Shown here in pieces: positions 20,970 through 30,276 of a DNA stretch of 64,000 bases. Position numbers and translations under genes: made by a program. The DNA is from Candidatus Levyibacteriota bacterium (GTDB lineage Bacteria; Patescibacteriota; Microgenomatia; Levybacterales; UBA12049). The stretch spans positions 82,240 to 146,239 of the forward strand of contig DAHWUP010000002.1 in assembly GCA_027334565.1 (NCBI GenBank), given 5' to 3'. The notes under the pieces are model-generated. The model searched no databases, was not told the origin of the DNA, and worked only from the letters and a program-made list of their open reading frames with translations. The stretch's first letter is position 1; every line of letters starts with the position of its first letter.

Positions 20970-21680
20970 GTGCAGTTACCAAATGTCAAAAAAATCTTTA
21001 TCTTTATATCCGGCGCCTTTTCTTTATGCGTTATCTTGTTTTTCGTGATTGTTTTCCCGACCGAACAGAAACTGGCTGTCCAACTTCCCGATCAAATATC
21101 AAAACAGGAAAAAATCTATCATATAACCTATGTCAAATTTACAATGATAAATCCTTATGTCATCGATGCCGCGATCGCCTCACAAGATCGTCGTTTTTAC
21201 AATAACCTGGGAGTTGACCTGGTCGGAACCGTTCGCGCGCTTTACTACACCGCCGTCAGCGGACAAAGACAAGGTGCAAGCACCATCACCGAACAGTTGG
21301 CAAAAAACGTTTATTACCATGACAAGGACACACCCGAGACAGACATACAGACCAAACTCCTTGCTCCGTTTATCACTCTGCTTTATTCGAAACAGTACAT
21401 TCTGGAAATGTATTTAAACGATATATATTTCGGCAAGCAGGCTTATGGAATATATAACGCAAGTATGACATTCTTTAAAACATCTCCAAAAGATCTGAGT
21501 CTTTCTCAGTCGGCTTATTTGATGGGTCTGATTAACGTTCCTAGTTATTTTTCCTCCCATACCGAACAAGCTATTCAAGAAGCCGATATAGTGTTAGAAC
21601 AAATGCAATCGGAAGGATACATTACGCCAGCTCAAGTAAAAACCGCCGAAACCAAGCTACGGGCGCAATCATTTTTTTAG
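20970..21680 (+). CDS. Monofunctional GT51 transglycosylase-domain protein with degenerate catalytic motifs
   Basis: N-terminal TM; QDRRF..NLG, GASTITEQLAKN, SK..ILEMYLN.IYFG; no transpeptidase domain. Confidence 0.88.
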   Translation: MQLPNVKKIFIFISGAFSLCVILFFVIVFPTEQKLAVQLPDQISKQEKIYHITYVKFTMINPYVIDAAIASQDRRFYNNLGVDLVGTVRALYYTAVSGQRQGASTITEQLAKNVYYHDKDTPETDIQTKLLAPFITLLYSKQYILEMYLNDIYFGKQAYGIYNASMTFFKTSPKDLSLSQSAYLMGLINVPSYFSSHTEQAIQEADIVLEQMQSEGYITPAQVKTAETKLRAQSFF

Positions 21681-22810
21681 AATTGAGGCGGTGATTGATC
21701 GTCCGTCTTGTTCAGCTCGTCTGGCAAAATCTCATCCAGATCGTTCTTTGAGGCCGGGACTCTTCGTCTTCTTTTAAATTTAAGTTCTAAGTCTTTTTTG
21801 AAAATTAATACAAATCCCAAACCCAAAACTATAATTCCGACAACCACCGCCAGTCCTGCAATCAGACTTTTAGTATTCAGACCGCTTAAAAACGAAGTGT
21901 TAATCGGAACCGGACTAGGCGTCGGCGTCACAGTTTCTGTCGGAACGGGAGTGTCGGTAGGTGACGGCGTTTGACTGGCTTGGGCGCTATCGGAATTTGA
22001 GGAAAGTACCGAAGACGCTGCCAAACCTCCGGGAACGGCGGACAATTCATTGGAAAAATCTCCTGAGGTACAACCGTTATTGGCAGCTATTACAAAATAG
22101 TAGGTTGTACCGGTGGCAAGCGATCCAACGGTATAAGTGGTGACGCCTTGGTCACCGATATTCGGATTGCCATAAATATATTTTCCCGATTCTATGCCAT
22201 AGGCGACCAGGTAATTGGTCACCGGATCCGAAGCATCGGTCCAGGTCAATGTTACTTGATTATCACCGCTTGAAACAGCGGAGGTCAGAACGGGAGTACT
22301 GCCCGGAGCCGGATCATTACAAGCAGAGCCTGTGGGAGTAGGCGTCGGGGTCGCCGTAACGGAAACGGGCTGGAAAACGATACTGATGCTACCGATGTTA
22401 CCGGTAGAATCGGAGACGGTAAAATTGTCCGTTCCGGCGCTGGTCGAGCAAACCCCGAACTGAACCTCGTTACCGGGCGAACCCGAACCGTCCGAGCCGG
22501 TGGCAGCCTGGGCACTGGTCGTACGGCTGGTACCACCACATGCGCCGCTATTATTGGCAATGATATTAAGTCCGGAATCCGAGTTGGTATTGGTGATAGT
22601 AATCATATCTCCCGATCCGACCGGATTACCCGAACCATCTTTAACGTCAATTGTTATCACCGCAACAGTCTGTCCGTCGGCATTGGGAGTTGAGTTATTG
22701 GAACTTACCGACGCGGAATTTGCCAAAACCGGAGTAGTAGAAAACAAAAAACCTCCCAAGATCAACAAGATAATCTTGAACATCGAGGCCCTGTTTTTAT
22801 ATGATTGCAT
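21677..22810 (-). CDS. Surface protein: signal peptide, Ig-like (Big_1-like) domain, FN3 domain, PT linkers, C-terminal TM
   Basis: ADG...ITI.VKD.SGNPV; VTLTW...Y.VAYG...YTV.SL..GTTYYF.I.A.N; TM followed by KRRRR. Confidence 0.82.
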   Translation of the reverse strand: MQSYKNRASMFKIILLILGGFLFSTTPVLANSASVSSNNSTPNADGQTVAVITIDVKDGSGNPVGSGDMITITNTNSDSGLNIIANNSGACGGTSRTTSAQAATGSDGSGSPGNEVQFGVCSTSAGTDNFTVSDSTGNIGSISIVFQPVSVTATPTPTPTGSACNDPAPGSTPVLTSAVSSGDNQVTLTWTDASDPVTNYLVAYGIESGKYIYGNPNIGDQGVTTYTVGSLATGTTYYFVIAANNGCTSGDFSNELSAVPGGLAASSVLSSNSDSAQASQTPSPTDTPVPTETVTPTPSPVPINTSFLSGLNTKSLIAGLAVVVGIIVLGLGFVLIFKKDLELKFKRRRRVPASKNDLDEILPDELNKTDDQSPPQF

Positions 22811-22841
22811 ATAAATGCTTTCCTTAACTTAAAATTCTAAA

Positions 22842-22857
22842 CTTAAAATCCGCTTAA
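22842..22857 (-). promoter_or_regulatory. Direct repeat TTAAG-N6-TTAAG upstream of FN3 surface gene
   Basis: cttaa at 22842 and 22853 (11-bp period). Confidence 0.35.
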
Positions 22858-23088
22858 AGCAAAGTAAATGTTAACCGTTTCTATTAACCTAATACTTTGT
22901 ACCACATAAAAGATTGAATTTTAAGATATCAAACTTTTTGATGCGAATTCATTTAATTCAGCGAATTCTCAGATATTTTACTTATTATTCAAATGAGTAT
23001 ACCTTAATCCGGCATTAGCTCCTATACGGAAAACGCACTTGACTTTTTAAAAAACATATTGATAATATAAATTACTCATCAAAATTTT

Positions 23089-23457
23089 ATGAATGAAGAA
23101 TTAAATACAAATACCCAAGCCCAACAACCCCCCCAGCCTGTCGTAAATTCTACCCCGACCGCAAAAAACAATAAAATGGTTTATGCCATAGCGGCATTCG
23201 TGCTTGTGGTCGTAATTGTCGGCGCGGTTTATTTGATGCTTCCTAAAACATCGGTGGCTCCGACCACGCCTGCACGACAGACGGCACAACCTAATCAAGG
23301 GACACAAACGACCCAAACCAAAGTCACGCCATCGAACGTTGGCCAAACCCTTCAAAATACAGATACGACCATGCAACAGGCGATCGATCAGGCAAATTCT
23401 GATTTAAACGACATAAGTAAAATCAATACATCACAAGACAGTACCAGCGGATTATAA
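23089..23457 (+). CDS. Single-TM hypothetical protein
   Basis: One hydrophobic helix, Q/T/P-rich; upstream TTGACT...GATAAT. Confidence 0.75.
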   Translation: MNEELNTNTQAQQPPQPVVNSTPTAKNNKMVYAIAAFVLVVVIVGAVYLMLPKTSVAPTTPARQTAQPNQGTQTTQTKVTPSNVGQTLQNTDTTMQQAIDQANSDLNDISKINTSQDSTSGL

Positions 23458-23459
23458 AT

Positions 23460-24281
23460 ATGAATAAATTCATAAAACTATCTTTATTAACGGGTTCACT
23501 CTTGCTGCTTGTAGCGCTACCGGCATTTGCCCAAACCTACGGCGGACAAAGACTTTTAAACGAAACGAATAGGCTGCAAAATATAGCAAGCAAAGATGCT
23601 ACTGTCCAGCAGAACCAACTACAGAATCTGATTAAACGCGCCGATAACTTAATCACAAACAGGATAAGTACACTTAACACCCTCTTAACCCGAATTCAGA
23701 ATGACAGCAGGCTTACCGCAAGCGAAAAAACCAGTCTTACCTCCGACATCCAGAACGATATCACCGGACTCACGGCTCTTAAGACCAAAATAGATGCGGA
23801 CACGGATATTACTACTGCAAGGACCGACGCAAAAACGATTATTACCAATTATTACATCTATGCTATATTTGAACCCAAAATGCGATTGCTTATTATTTTG
23901 AATAATCTGCAAACCGTTACTACAAATATCCAAAACTTGATTCCGCAAATCCAGACCATAATCAATACATTACAGTCACAAGGAAAAGACGTGTCGCAAC
24001 TGCAAACCTTATTAAGCGATGTTAATTCTCAGCTACAGACAATAAGTACCACCCTTACCAAAGACGTTACAAGCGTAGAAAATATCACGGCAAGCTCCGG
24101 AATTTCGGTTGCGGAACAGGCTTTTGCCCAAGTAAGACAAGATGTTGCCCAAATCGTAAGGTCGGGCTTTGCCAAAATTCGCTCAGACTTTGCCCAGATG
24201 AGGCCGTTATTCAGCCAATTGATCATTAATAAAGTAACACCCGGACCTACTTCCCCGACAAGCACGGGTTCCGCATCGTAA
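23460..24281 (+). CDS. Secreted helical/coiled-coil protein
   Basis: Sec signal ending AFA, heptad-like amphipathic helices; 2 bp after previous gene. Confidence 0.8.
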   Translation: MNKFIKLSLLTGSLLLLVALPAFAQTYGGQRLLNETNRLQNIASKDATVQQNQLQNLIKRADNLITNRISTLNTLLTRIQNDSRLTASEKTSLTSDIQNDITGLTALKTKIDADTDITTARTDAKTIITNYYIYAIFEPKMRLLIILNNLQTVTTNIQNLIPQIQTIINTLQSQGKDVSQLQTLLSDVNSQLQTISTTLTKDVTSVENITASSGISVAEQAFAQVRQDVAQIVRSGFAKIRSDFAQMRPLFSQLIINKVTPGPTSPTSTGSAS

Positions 24282-24416
24282 GGGTTACGGAGCTAGCAAG
24301 GACATAGGAATTATTTTGTGGATTTTTTACAGATTATTTTCTAATACCTTGTCCCAACTTGTAACTTTGTAATTTGTTTCACAGATTTTATCATTTAACC
24401 CATGTATAAGTTTTAC

Positions 24417-24812
24417 ATGGCAAACAGCGTTGTACATTTTGAAATGCCGGCAAAAGACAAAAAAAGAACTGCCGAATTTTATTCAAAGGTTTTCGGATGG
24501 AACATGCGACAACTGGGTGATGATATGGGGAATTATCTTATTGCCCAAACCGCGGAAACCGACGAAAAAAACATGATGAATAAAACTCCCGGCACGATAA
24601 ATGGCGGATTTTTTGATTATAAAGACGAGGAAGGATTTAATATACCCCATTTAGTTATATCTGTTGAAAACTTGGATAAGACCATAAGAGATGTAAAAGC
24701 CACCGGGGGAAAAATTCTTGGTGAAAAAATGAATATTCCGGGAATTGGAATGTATGTTTCTTTCAAAGATACCGAAGGAAATATTGTAGGCATGCTTCAA
24801 CCAAACCGCTGA
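24417..24812 (+). CDS. VOC/glyoxalase family protein
   Basis: VVHFEMPA.D, FYSKVFGW, INGG, IPGIG....FKDTEGN. Confidence 0.93.
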   Translation: MANSVVHFEMPAKDKKRTAEFYSKVFGWNMRQLGDDMGNYLIAQTAETDEKNMMNKTPGTINGGFFDYKDEEGFNIPHLVISVENLDKTIRDVKATGGKILGEKMNIPGIGMYVSFKDTEGNIVGMLQPNR

Positions 24813-24975
24813 AGTTAATTATTTTTTACGGTAAAGAGATAAAATATTAAGAAGTAAAATAATTCCGGAGCTTGGGGAGTATGTACTCAAGGCGTTTTGA
24901 ATTTACTCGTTAATATCGTCGTCTACAAACCGGATATCAGCCGTTGTTTACTTAAGCTTATGATATAATCGCCGC

Positions 24976-25599
24976 ATGGTTGAAGGAACAAGTCGAAACT
25001 TAGTCTCGGTTATTGAGGGTGTTACTGTTACTCCGGTTTCCATAGAGGCAGTTCCCAGTGACATCAACCCTTTTTACACAATGGATATATCACAAGCACC
25101 CAACGACGACGTTTTTATAAGATTTAACGATTTAAAATCTCATACCATTATTAAGGCTGTGAGAATAAACGGGAACTTCGAGGGCGGACCTTATACCTTA
25201 GTCACTGACGAATTGGTAAATCTAATCAGAAATTTTGCAAGCTCAAAGGAACCGGACCATATTCGCCACCCCGAAGAAAAGAAAGAGGAATTATTTTCTT
25301 CGATAGTCAATCCGCTGGTTTTAACCGGCGGACCGGACGATGATTTTAGAATCAAGGTGAGTGGGATCGAAAGCATGGACAACCCGGTCGAGGAGGAAGA
25401 TCTTGACGTATTCGGAGGAAGTTTTTTAGATATTATAGTTGGCAAAAACGGTAACGTGACGACTGCCATCAGGAATACCGGCTGGCAGTCACCAAAGCAA
25501 CTTATTTTGGAGTTTAAGACTGCGGAAAACGGAGGCAAATTCCCGCTGGTTGCCCAAACTTTTACCAGAATTTGCGAACGCTTCATCCAAGCTGCTTAG
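24976..25599 (+). CDS. Hypothetical protein (ORFan)
   Basis: 207-aa frame, TGATATAAT 6 nt upstream of ATG. Confidence 0.7.
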   Translation: MVEGTSRNLVSVIEGVTVTPVSIEAVPSDINPFYTMDISQAPNDDVFIRFNDLKSHTIIKAVRINGNFEGGPYTLVTDELVNLIRNFASSKEPDHIRHPEEKKEELFSSIVNPLVLTGGPDDDFRIKVSGIESMDNPVEEEDLDVFGGSFLDIIVGKNGNVTTAIRNTGWQSPKQLILEFKTAENGGKFPLVAQTFTRICERFIQAA

Positions 25600-25618
25600 T
25601 CAACAGATTTAGTTTTAC

Positions 25619-26026
25619 CTATAATCCAAGCTGTGAAACAAAAGCCTTGAGAGCGCCCGTTTTGTCCACAAGTATTACATAACCGTCTGCCAAAACTTTC
25701 TTTGTTTGTTCATCTGTCGGTGACTTCAGCCACTCTGAAGTGGTAAAATTAAATTCCACTTCCAAACCAGTGTTATAGTAGACCCTTTTTGTCTTTAAAA
25801 GACCCCAATCCTCATCAAGCACGTTGGTTATTATTCCGAACTTTTCCGCCCAGGTGCTGTCTTTTAGATAAATTTCGACATTATCCGTTAGTATCACCAG
25901 GTCCAAATCTGATGACGCTTGGGCGGCGTTTCTGGCATAAGAACCTACCAAAAAAACTCCGATAATGTTATCTTGCATCGCTGCCCAAGCCTTAAAATCC
26001 GTTAATAAAATATTAAAGTTAGGCAT
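25619..26026 (-). CDS. Pol-beta-type nucleotidyltransferase domain protein
   Basis: LVGSYAR...SDLDLVIL, EDWG, GLEVEF. Confidence 0.85.
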   Translation of the reverse strand: MPNFNILLTDFKAWAAMQDNIIGVFLVGSYARNAAQASSDLDLVILTDNVEIYLKDSTWAEKFGIITNVLDEDWGLLKTKRVYYNTGLEVEFNFTTSEWLKSPTDEQTKKVLADGYVILVDKTGALKAFVSQLGL

Positions 26027-26182
26027 TCAACTGATAATAAACTCCTTTTTTGCCTTTTTGTCAAATGAATTAGATACTGCCACTATCAAAGACTGTACAT
26101 TTTGTCGTTTACGCTTATTAAATATTGTACGTGTTACCCCAGATCATATTTTAAATGAATATATTGGTGGTATAATTTCTCC

Positions 26183-27535
26183 ATGACCATCCATCTGCCG
26201 AAACTACCCAAACTTCCCGACGCTCCGAAGCTTCCCCGACTTTTGAAAATGCCGGAATTTCCCCATTTGCGAAAAATCAGTTTTAACGTTGAATCTTTTA
26301 AGAGCATACCCCGGTTTATTTTGAAACATAAAATTTCGCTTTCGTCATTGATTTTGCTGATATTGTTCGTAACTTTTGCAATGTGGTACCGCGGATATCT
26401 TCTTTCCAAAATGAAACCCGCACCCCAGGTCAACGGCAATGAAGATTTTTACTCCTCTACGGGCAAGAATGCCGTACCGACGATAATTATCCCGACGCCA
26501 ACGATAATTAATAACAATAACAATTCCGACATATATAATAGTGCCATATACCAGACACCGACGCCTTTTCCGACCTTTCCTCCTCTGCCGACACTGGCTC
26601 CACTTCCTACAGCTACTCCTATTCCAACGACCACTACTTCAAGTTCCTCGTCCAATAACAGCAGCAATCCGAATTGCACCACAGGCGGAGGAACCCCAAA
26701 CTCATGGTATTCGGATGTTTACCCTAACCCGCCCATAACCACCGGTACCGGCTCGGTAACCATCATCGTCGATATCCGTGACTGCAACGAAAATTTAGCA
26801 CCGGTAAGCGATAATTTGAAAATTTCATTGAGCTCCGGCGATCCGAATACCCTGATTAACGGCAACAAACTGCCAGTAAACGTCAACACTCAAAACGGTG
26901 AAGTCAAATTCAATGTCAGCTCGCAGATCAATGGTTCGGTGACGCTTATCGTCCAGGATACGACCAGCAACTTTACCGTGACCGACATCAACAACCATAA
27001 TCCGGTGATAACTTTTTCGGGCAATAGTTCGGGAAACTCTAATTGCACCACCGCAAGCGGCGTTCCGAATTTCTGGTATTCCGATGTCTATCCGGCCTCG
27101 CCCATCTCGGCCAATACCGGCTCGACGGTCACACTTACCGTCAATATCCGCGATTGCAGTCAAAATGACGTATCAAACGATAACATCACCGTTACCCAGA
27201 CCTCAAGCGATTCAAGCGTTAAGATAAACGGATCGAGTTCACCAGTCAGCGCCCAGGCCCAAAACGGCGTGGCGACTTTTAACATCACTTCCCAAAATAC
27301 CGGAACCGATACTTTCACAGTACAGGATACTACCAGTAATTTTTCCATTACCGATACCAACAACCATAGTCCAAGCATCGTCTTTAGCGGTTCATCTGCC
27401 ACGCCGACACCGACGCCCACCCCGACCCAAGCTCCCGCCTCAACGGCCACGCCGACACCGACGCCCACCCCGACCCAGGCTCTTACTTCTACTCCGACCC
27501 CTACGCCGACAAACACACTTTCTCCTACTCCATAA
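26183..27535 (+). CDS. Membrane-anchored surface protein with two tandem Ig-like repeats and PT-rich linkers
   Basis: TM near residues 52-68; two ~120-aa repeats (NCTT..G.PN.WYSDVYP...IRDC...VQDTTSNF..TD.NNH.P.I.FSG). Confidence 0.85.
   Translation: MTIHLPKLPKLPDAPKLPRLLKMPEFPHLRKISFNVESFKSIPRFILKHKISLSSLILLILFVTFAMWYRGYLLSKMKPAPQVNGNEDFYSSTGKNAVPTIIIPTPTIINNNNNSDIYNSAIYQTPTPFPTFPPLPTLAPLPTATPIPTTTTSSSSSNNSSNPNCTTGGGTPNSWYSDVYPNPPITTGTGSVTIIVDIRDCNENLAPVSDNLKISLSSGDPNTLINGNKLPVNVNTQNGEVKFNVSSQINGSVTLIVQDTTSNFTVTDINNHNPVITFSGNSSGNSNCTTASGVPNFWYSDVYPASPISANTGSTVTLTVNIRDCSQNDVSNDNITVTQTSSDSSVKINGSSSPVSAQAQNGVATFNITSQNTGTDTFTVQDTTSNFSITDTNNHSPSIVFSGSSATPTPTPTPTQAPASTATPTPTPTPTQALTSTPTPTPTNTLSPTP
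27398..27482 (+). repeat. 37-bp near-perfect direct repeat (48-bp period) encoding ATPTPTPTPTQA
   Basis: gccacgccgacaccgacgcccaccccgacccaRgctc at 27398 and 27446. Confidence 0.9.
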
Positions 27536-27592
27536 CTTATAAAAAAATAACGATTGTTGACAGTTTGTACCTTAAATGCGATACTTTAAAAA

Positions 27593-28591
27593 ATGCAGAC
27601 GGAGCGTATCCACTGGATAGACATCACCCGAGGAATCGCCATCATTTTTGTCATCTATGCCCATGTGCTGGGAAACCAGGGCATCCGATATCTTTTTTAT
27701 GCCTTCCACATGCCTTTATTCTTCTTTATTTCCGGCGTTCTTTTTAGAAAAGACGACGGTTTTCTTACGGTCGTTAAAAAATCCGCGAAATCCTTAATTA
27801 TTCCCTACTTTATCCTGGCTTGGTTTTTTTACGTCTGGTGGGTCTTATCGAACGGAAGCAGTTTTTTTAATCCGGCGATCATCACCCAGTTCTGGGGCAT
27901 TTTTTACGGCAACAGCAACAACGGAATGTTGGCTTTTAATGACGTTTTGTGGTTTTTGCCCACGCTGTTTGTGACCAGAGTGATGTTTGCGGCATTAACA
28001 AAAATTTCATTAAAAACCGGTCTACTGGCCTTAACGCTGTTATTATTTTCAATCTTTGGATATGCGCTATCTGTTTTTGGGCCCGATGTCAAACTTCCGT
28101 TCGGTTTTGAAACCGCTTTATCAGGGATAGTTTTTTACGGAGCTGGATTTTTATGGTATCGGGGTCAGAGTGCGAAAAAAATGATACTCGGCCATAAACG
28201 CCTGATCTTCCCGGCATTTTTATTGATTATGATCCTACTCGCAACTATAGATTTCCACAATTTCGGACGACAAATCGATATGAGGCTTAACAACTTGAAC
28301 AATTATTTCTTCTTTTATGTTGATGCATTCTTGGGTATCTTTTCCTGGCTGTCGTTTGCCCTAATCCTTAATAAAAATGTTCTGCTTGAAGCTTTCGGAA
28401 GATATTCGCTTGTTTTGTTCGCCTGGCATCCGTTCGTGTTTAAATACCTCAACGATTATATTTTAAACCTAATCACAGCCGTTAAAACGCTTATTCCCGC
28501 AATTTATACCATAATTACAGTCAGCGTCATCCTCTTTGCTAACTCGATATACGAAAATCTCCGTAAAAAAATCTTTTTTCGCCCTTCTTAA
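27593..28591 (+). CDS. Acyltransferase_3 family membrane O-acyltransferase
   Basis: RIHWIDITRGIAI..V...H, FHMPLFFFISG, LWFL. Confidence 0.93.
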   Translation: MQTERIHWIDITRGIAIIFVIYAHVLGNQGIRYLFYAFHMPLFFFISGVLFRKDDGFLTVVKKSAKSLIIPYFILAWFFYVWWVLSNGSSFFNPAIITQFWGIFYGNSNNGMLAFNDVLWFLPTLFVTRVMFAALTKISLKTGLLALTLLLFSIFGYALSVFGPDVKLPFGFETALSGIVFYGAGFLWYRGQSAKKMILGHKRLIFPAFLLIMILLATIDFHNFGRQIDMRLNNLNNYFFFYVDAFLGIFSWLSFALILNKNVLLEAFGRYSLVLFAWHPFVFKYLNDYILNLITAVKTLIPAIYTIITVSVILFANSIYENLRKKIFFRPS

Positions 28592-28802
28592 TTTATTTTA
28601 ATACTTAAAGCTTAATCGTATAACGCCATATTAACAACAACCGCGGTATTCAATGTTTCTGCTTTATATTCCGAGAGCTTTAACTCTCACCTTTAAGGCT
28701 TTGAGTCTTATTTTACTCACATCTTATTGATCGGTAACTTAAATCACGCCATTACCGGAAAGCATGTTATAATATAAAAATCGAAAGCGAGGTGAATTGT
28801 TC

Positions 28803-29240
28803 ATGGTGAATGCTACCCGAAAGACAGCCAAGAAGGTTAAGGGTTTCTCGGATGAAGAACGCGAAGCGATGCAGGAACGCGCCCGGGAACTGATGTCGGA
28901 CAAAGGGAACGGAGAGGCCGCAGTGCTTAAGAAAATCGCCGAGATGAAAGGTTTGGATCATATTTTGGGCGAAAAACTACACGACCTCATCAAGAAAAAC
29001 GCGCCGACCTTAGTACCCAAAACCTGGTACGGTATGCCCGCCTATGCCAACAAGGATGGTAAGGTCGTCTGCTTTTTCCAAAACGCGAGCAGGTTCAAAA
29101 CAAGGTATTTAACTTTAGGCTTCAGTGATGCTGCAAAATTGGATGAAGGCAACATTTGGCCGGTAACTTTCGCTCTAACCAAGTTGACCCCAAACGAAGA
29201 AACAAAAATCGCCGCGCTGGTGAAACAAGCGGTGGGATAA
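28803..29240 (+). CDS. DUF1801 (YdhG-like) protein
   Basis: [35 protein letters not shown]; SD GAGGTG. Confidence 0.88.
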   Translation: MVNATRKTAKKVKGFSDEEREAMQERARELMSDKGNGEAAVLKKIAEMKGLDHILGEKLHDLIKKNAPTLVPKTWYGMPAYANKDGKVVCFFQNASRFKTRYLTLGFSDAAKLDEGNIWPVTFALTKLTPNEETKIAALVKQAVG

Positions 29241-29298
29241 ACAATCATAATTTCGACTATATGCATCCTAGGGACAAAGTAATCGTAGGGAACAAATT

Positions 29299-29757
29299 CT
29301 AGACTGCGTCTTGAAGAATCTTGATGATGATTTTTTTCATTCCGAGCAGCGCCATTGTGGATTTTTTATCTCTAATAAGTTCACCTATATTTTGCGGAAC
29401 TATCTGCCAGGAAAGTCCGTACTTATCCTTAAGCCATCCGCATTGCTGAGCTTTTTTATCGCCGCCTTTTGTCAATTTATTCCAGTAATAATCTATTTCC
29501 TTCTGACCCTTACACTGAACGACCAAGGATACCGATTCATTGAACTTTACAAAAGGCCCGCCGTTTAAAGCGGTGAATTCCTCTCCGTCAAGGATAAAGT
29601 CAACCGTCATCACGGAGCCGACAGGTTGTTTGGAAGGAGTTTCAACCGTGTAATAATTTTTAGAAATTATTTTAGAATTTTTGAAAATAGAAACGTAATA
29701 TTTAGCCGCTTCCTCAGCTTCATTATTAAACCATAAGAAGGTTGTGATCTTTTGCAT
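29299..29757 (-). CDS. PhnB-like VOC protein (3-demethylubiquinone-9 methyltransferase family)
   Basis: QKITTFLWF...AEEA, ALNGGP, CGWLKDKYGLSWQIVP. Confidence 0.93.
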   Translation of the reverse strand: MQKITTFLWFNNEAEEAAKYYVSIFKNSKIISKNYYTVETPSKQPVGSVMTVDFILDGEEFTALNGGPFVKFNESVSLVVQCKGQKEIDYYWNKLTKGGDKKAQQCGWLKDKYGLSWQIVPQNIGELIRDKKSTMALLGMKKIIIKILQDAV

Positions 29758-29841
29758 ACAAATAAAATTATCAAAATAAGACGTCGAAAGTCAGTAACTT
29801 AAATTACCTTAGTCTTAAGGATTTTATAGATAACGATAAGG

Positions 29842-30015
29842 TTAAAATTTCAAAAGCTCCAGTGCCTTATAGACAAATACAGCCGGCCATAAGATAGCCT
29901 CAATAATGCCGACAACACCCTGCATCAGCGTGTGTGCATGTTGTAAAAAATAAACCAAAGCCCCGAATACCCCGATACCGTAAAGAGCTTCTCCTCCCCC
30001 GGCGCATTTCTTCAT
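29842..30015 (-). CDS. Small 57-aa two-helix membrane protein (not in ORF track)
   Basis: MKKCAGGGEALYGIGVFGALVYFLQHAHTLMQGVVGIIEAILWPAVFVYKALELLKF; SD GGGAGGTGAG upstream. Confidence 0.8.
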   Translation of the reverse strand: MKKCAGGGEALYGIGVFGALVYFLQHAHTLMQGVVGIIEAILWPAVFVYKALELLKF

Positions 30016-30276
30016 AACGTCTCACCTCCCCAAATCAAACTTACTCTACCCGAAACTACTTGTCAAACAGCATTTACATAATGAAATCATGAAGCACGTT
30101 TATGGATTTAAAGGAAAAGTTCGGAAAGATCCTAAAGCTAATTGGTTTTTATAAGTTTGAATAAAAAACTATCCAACGAAATTATGTCTATTCCAGTATC
30201 ATTTTCTGCTTTTTTATCAGTCTTCGCGCGCCATACCCGGCCGTGACATACTATTTTCGATATCGGATGTAAAATT

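Noticed and set aside
24871-24930. yybP-ykoY Mn riboswitch suggested by GGGGAGTA
   Set aside because: Lacks the downstream GAGACC/AAGACC pairing element and a transporter gene context
30060-30270. Short frames on both strands in the gap between the small membrane gene and 30277
   Set aside because: Under 45 codons, with no convincing start signals or recognisable motifs
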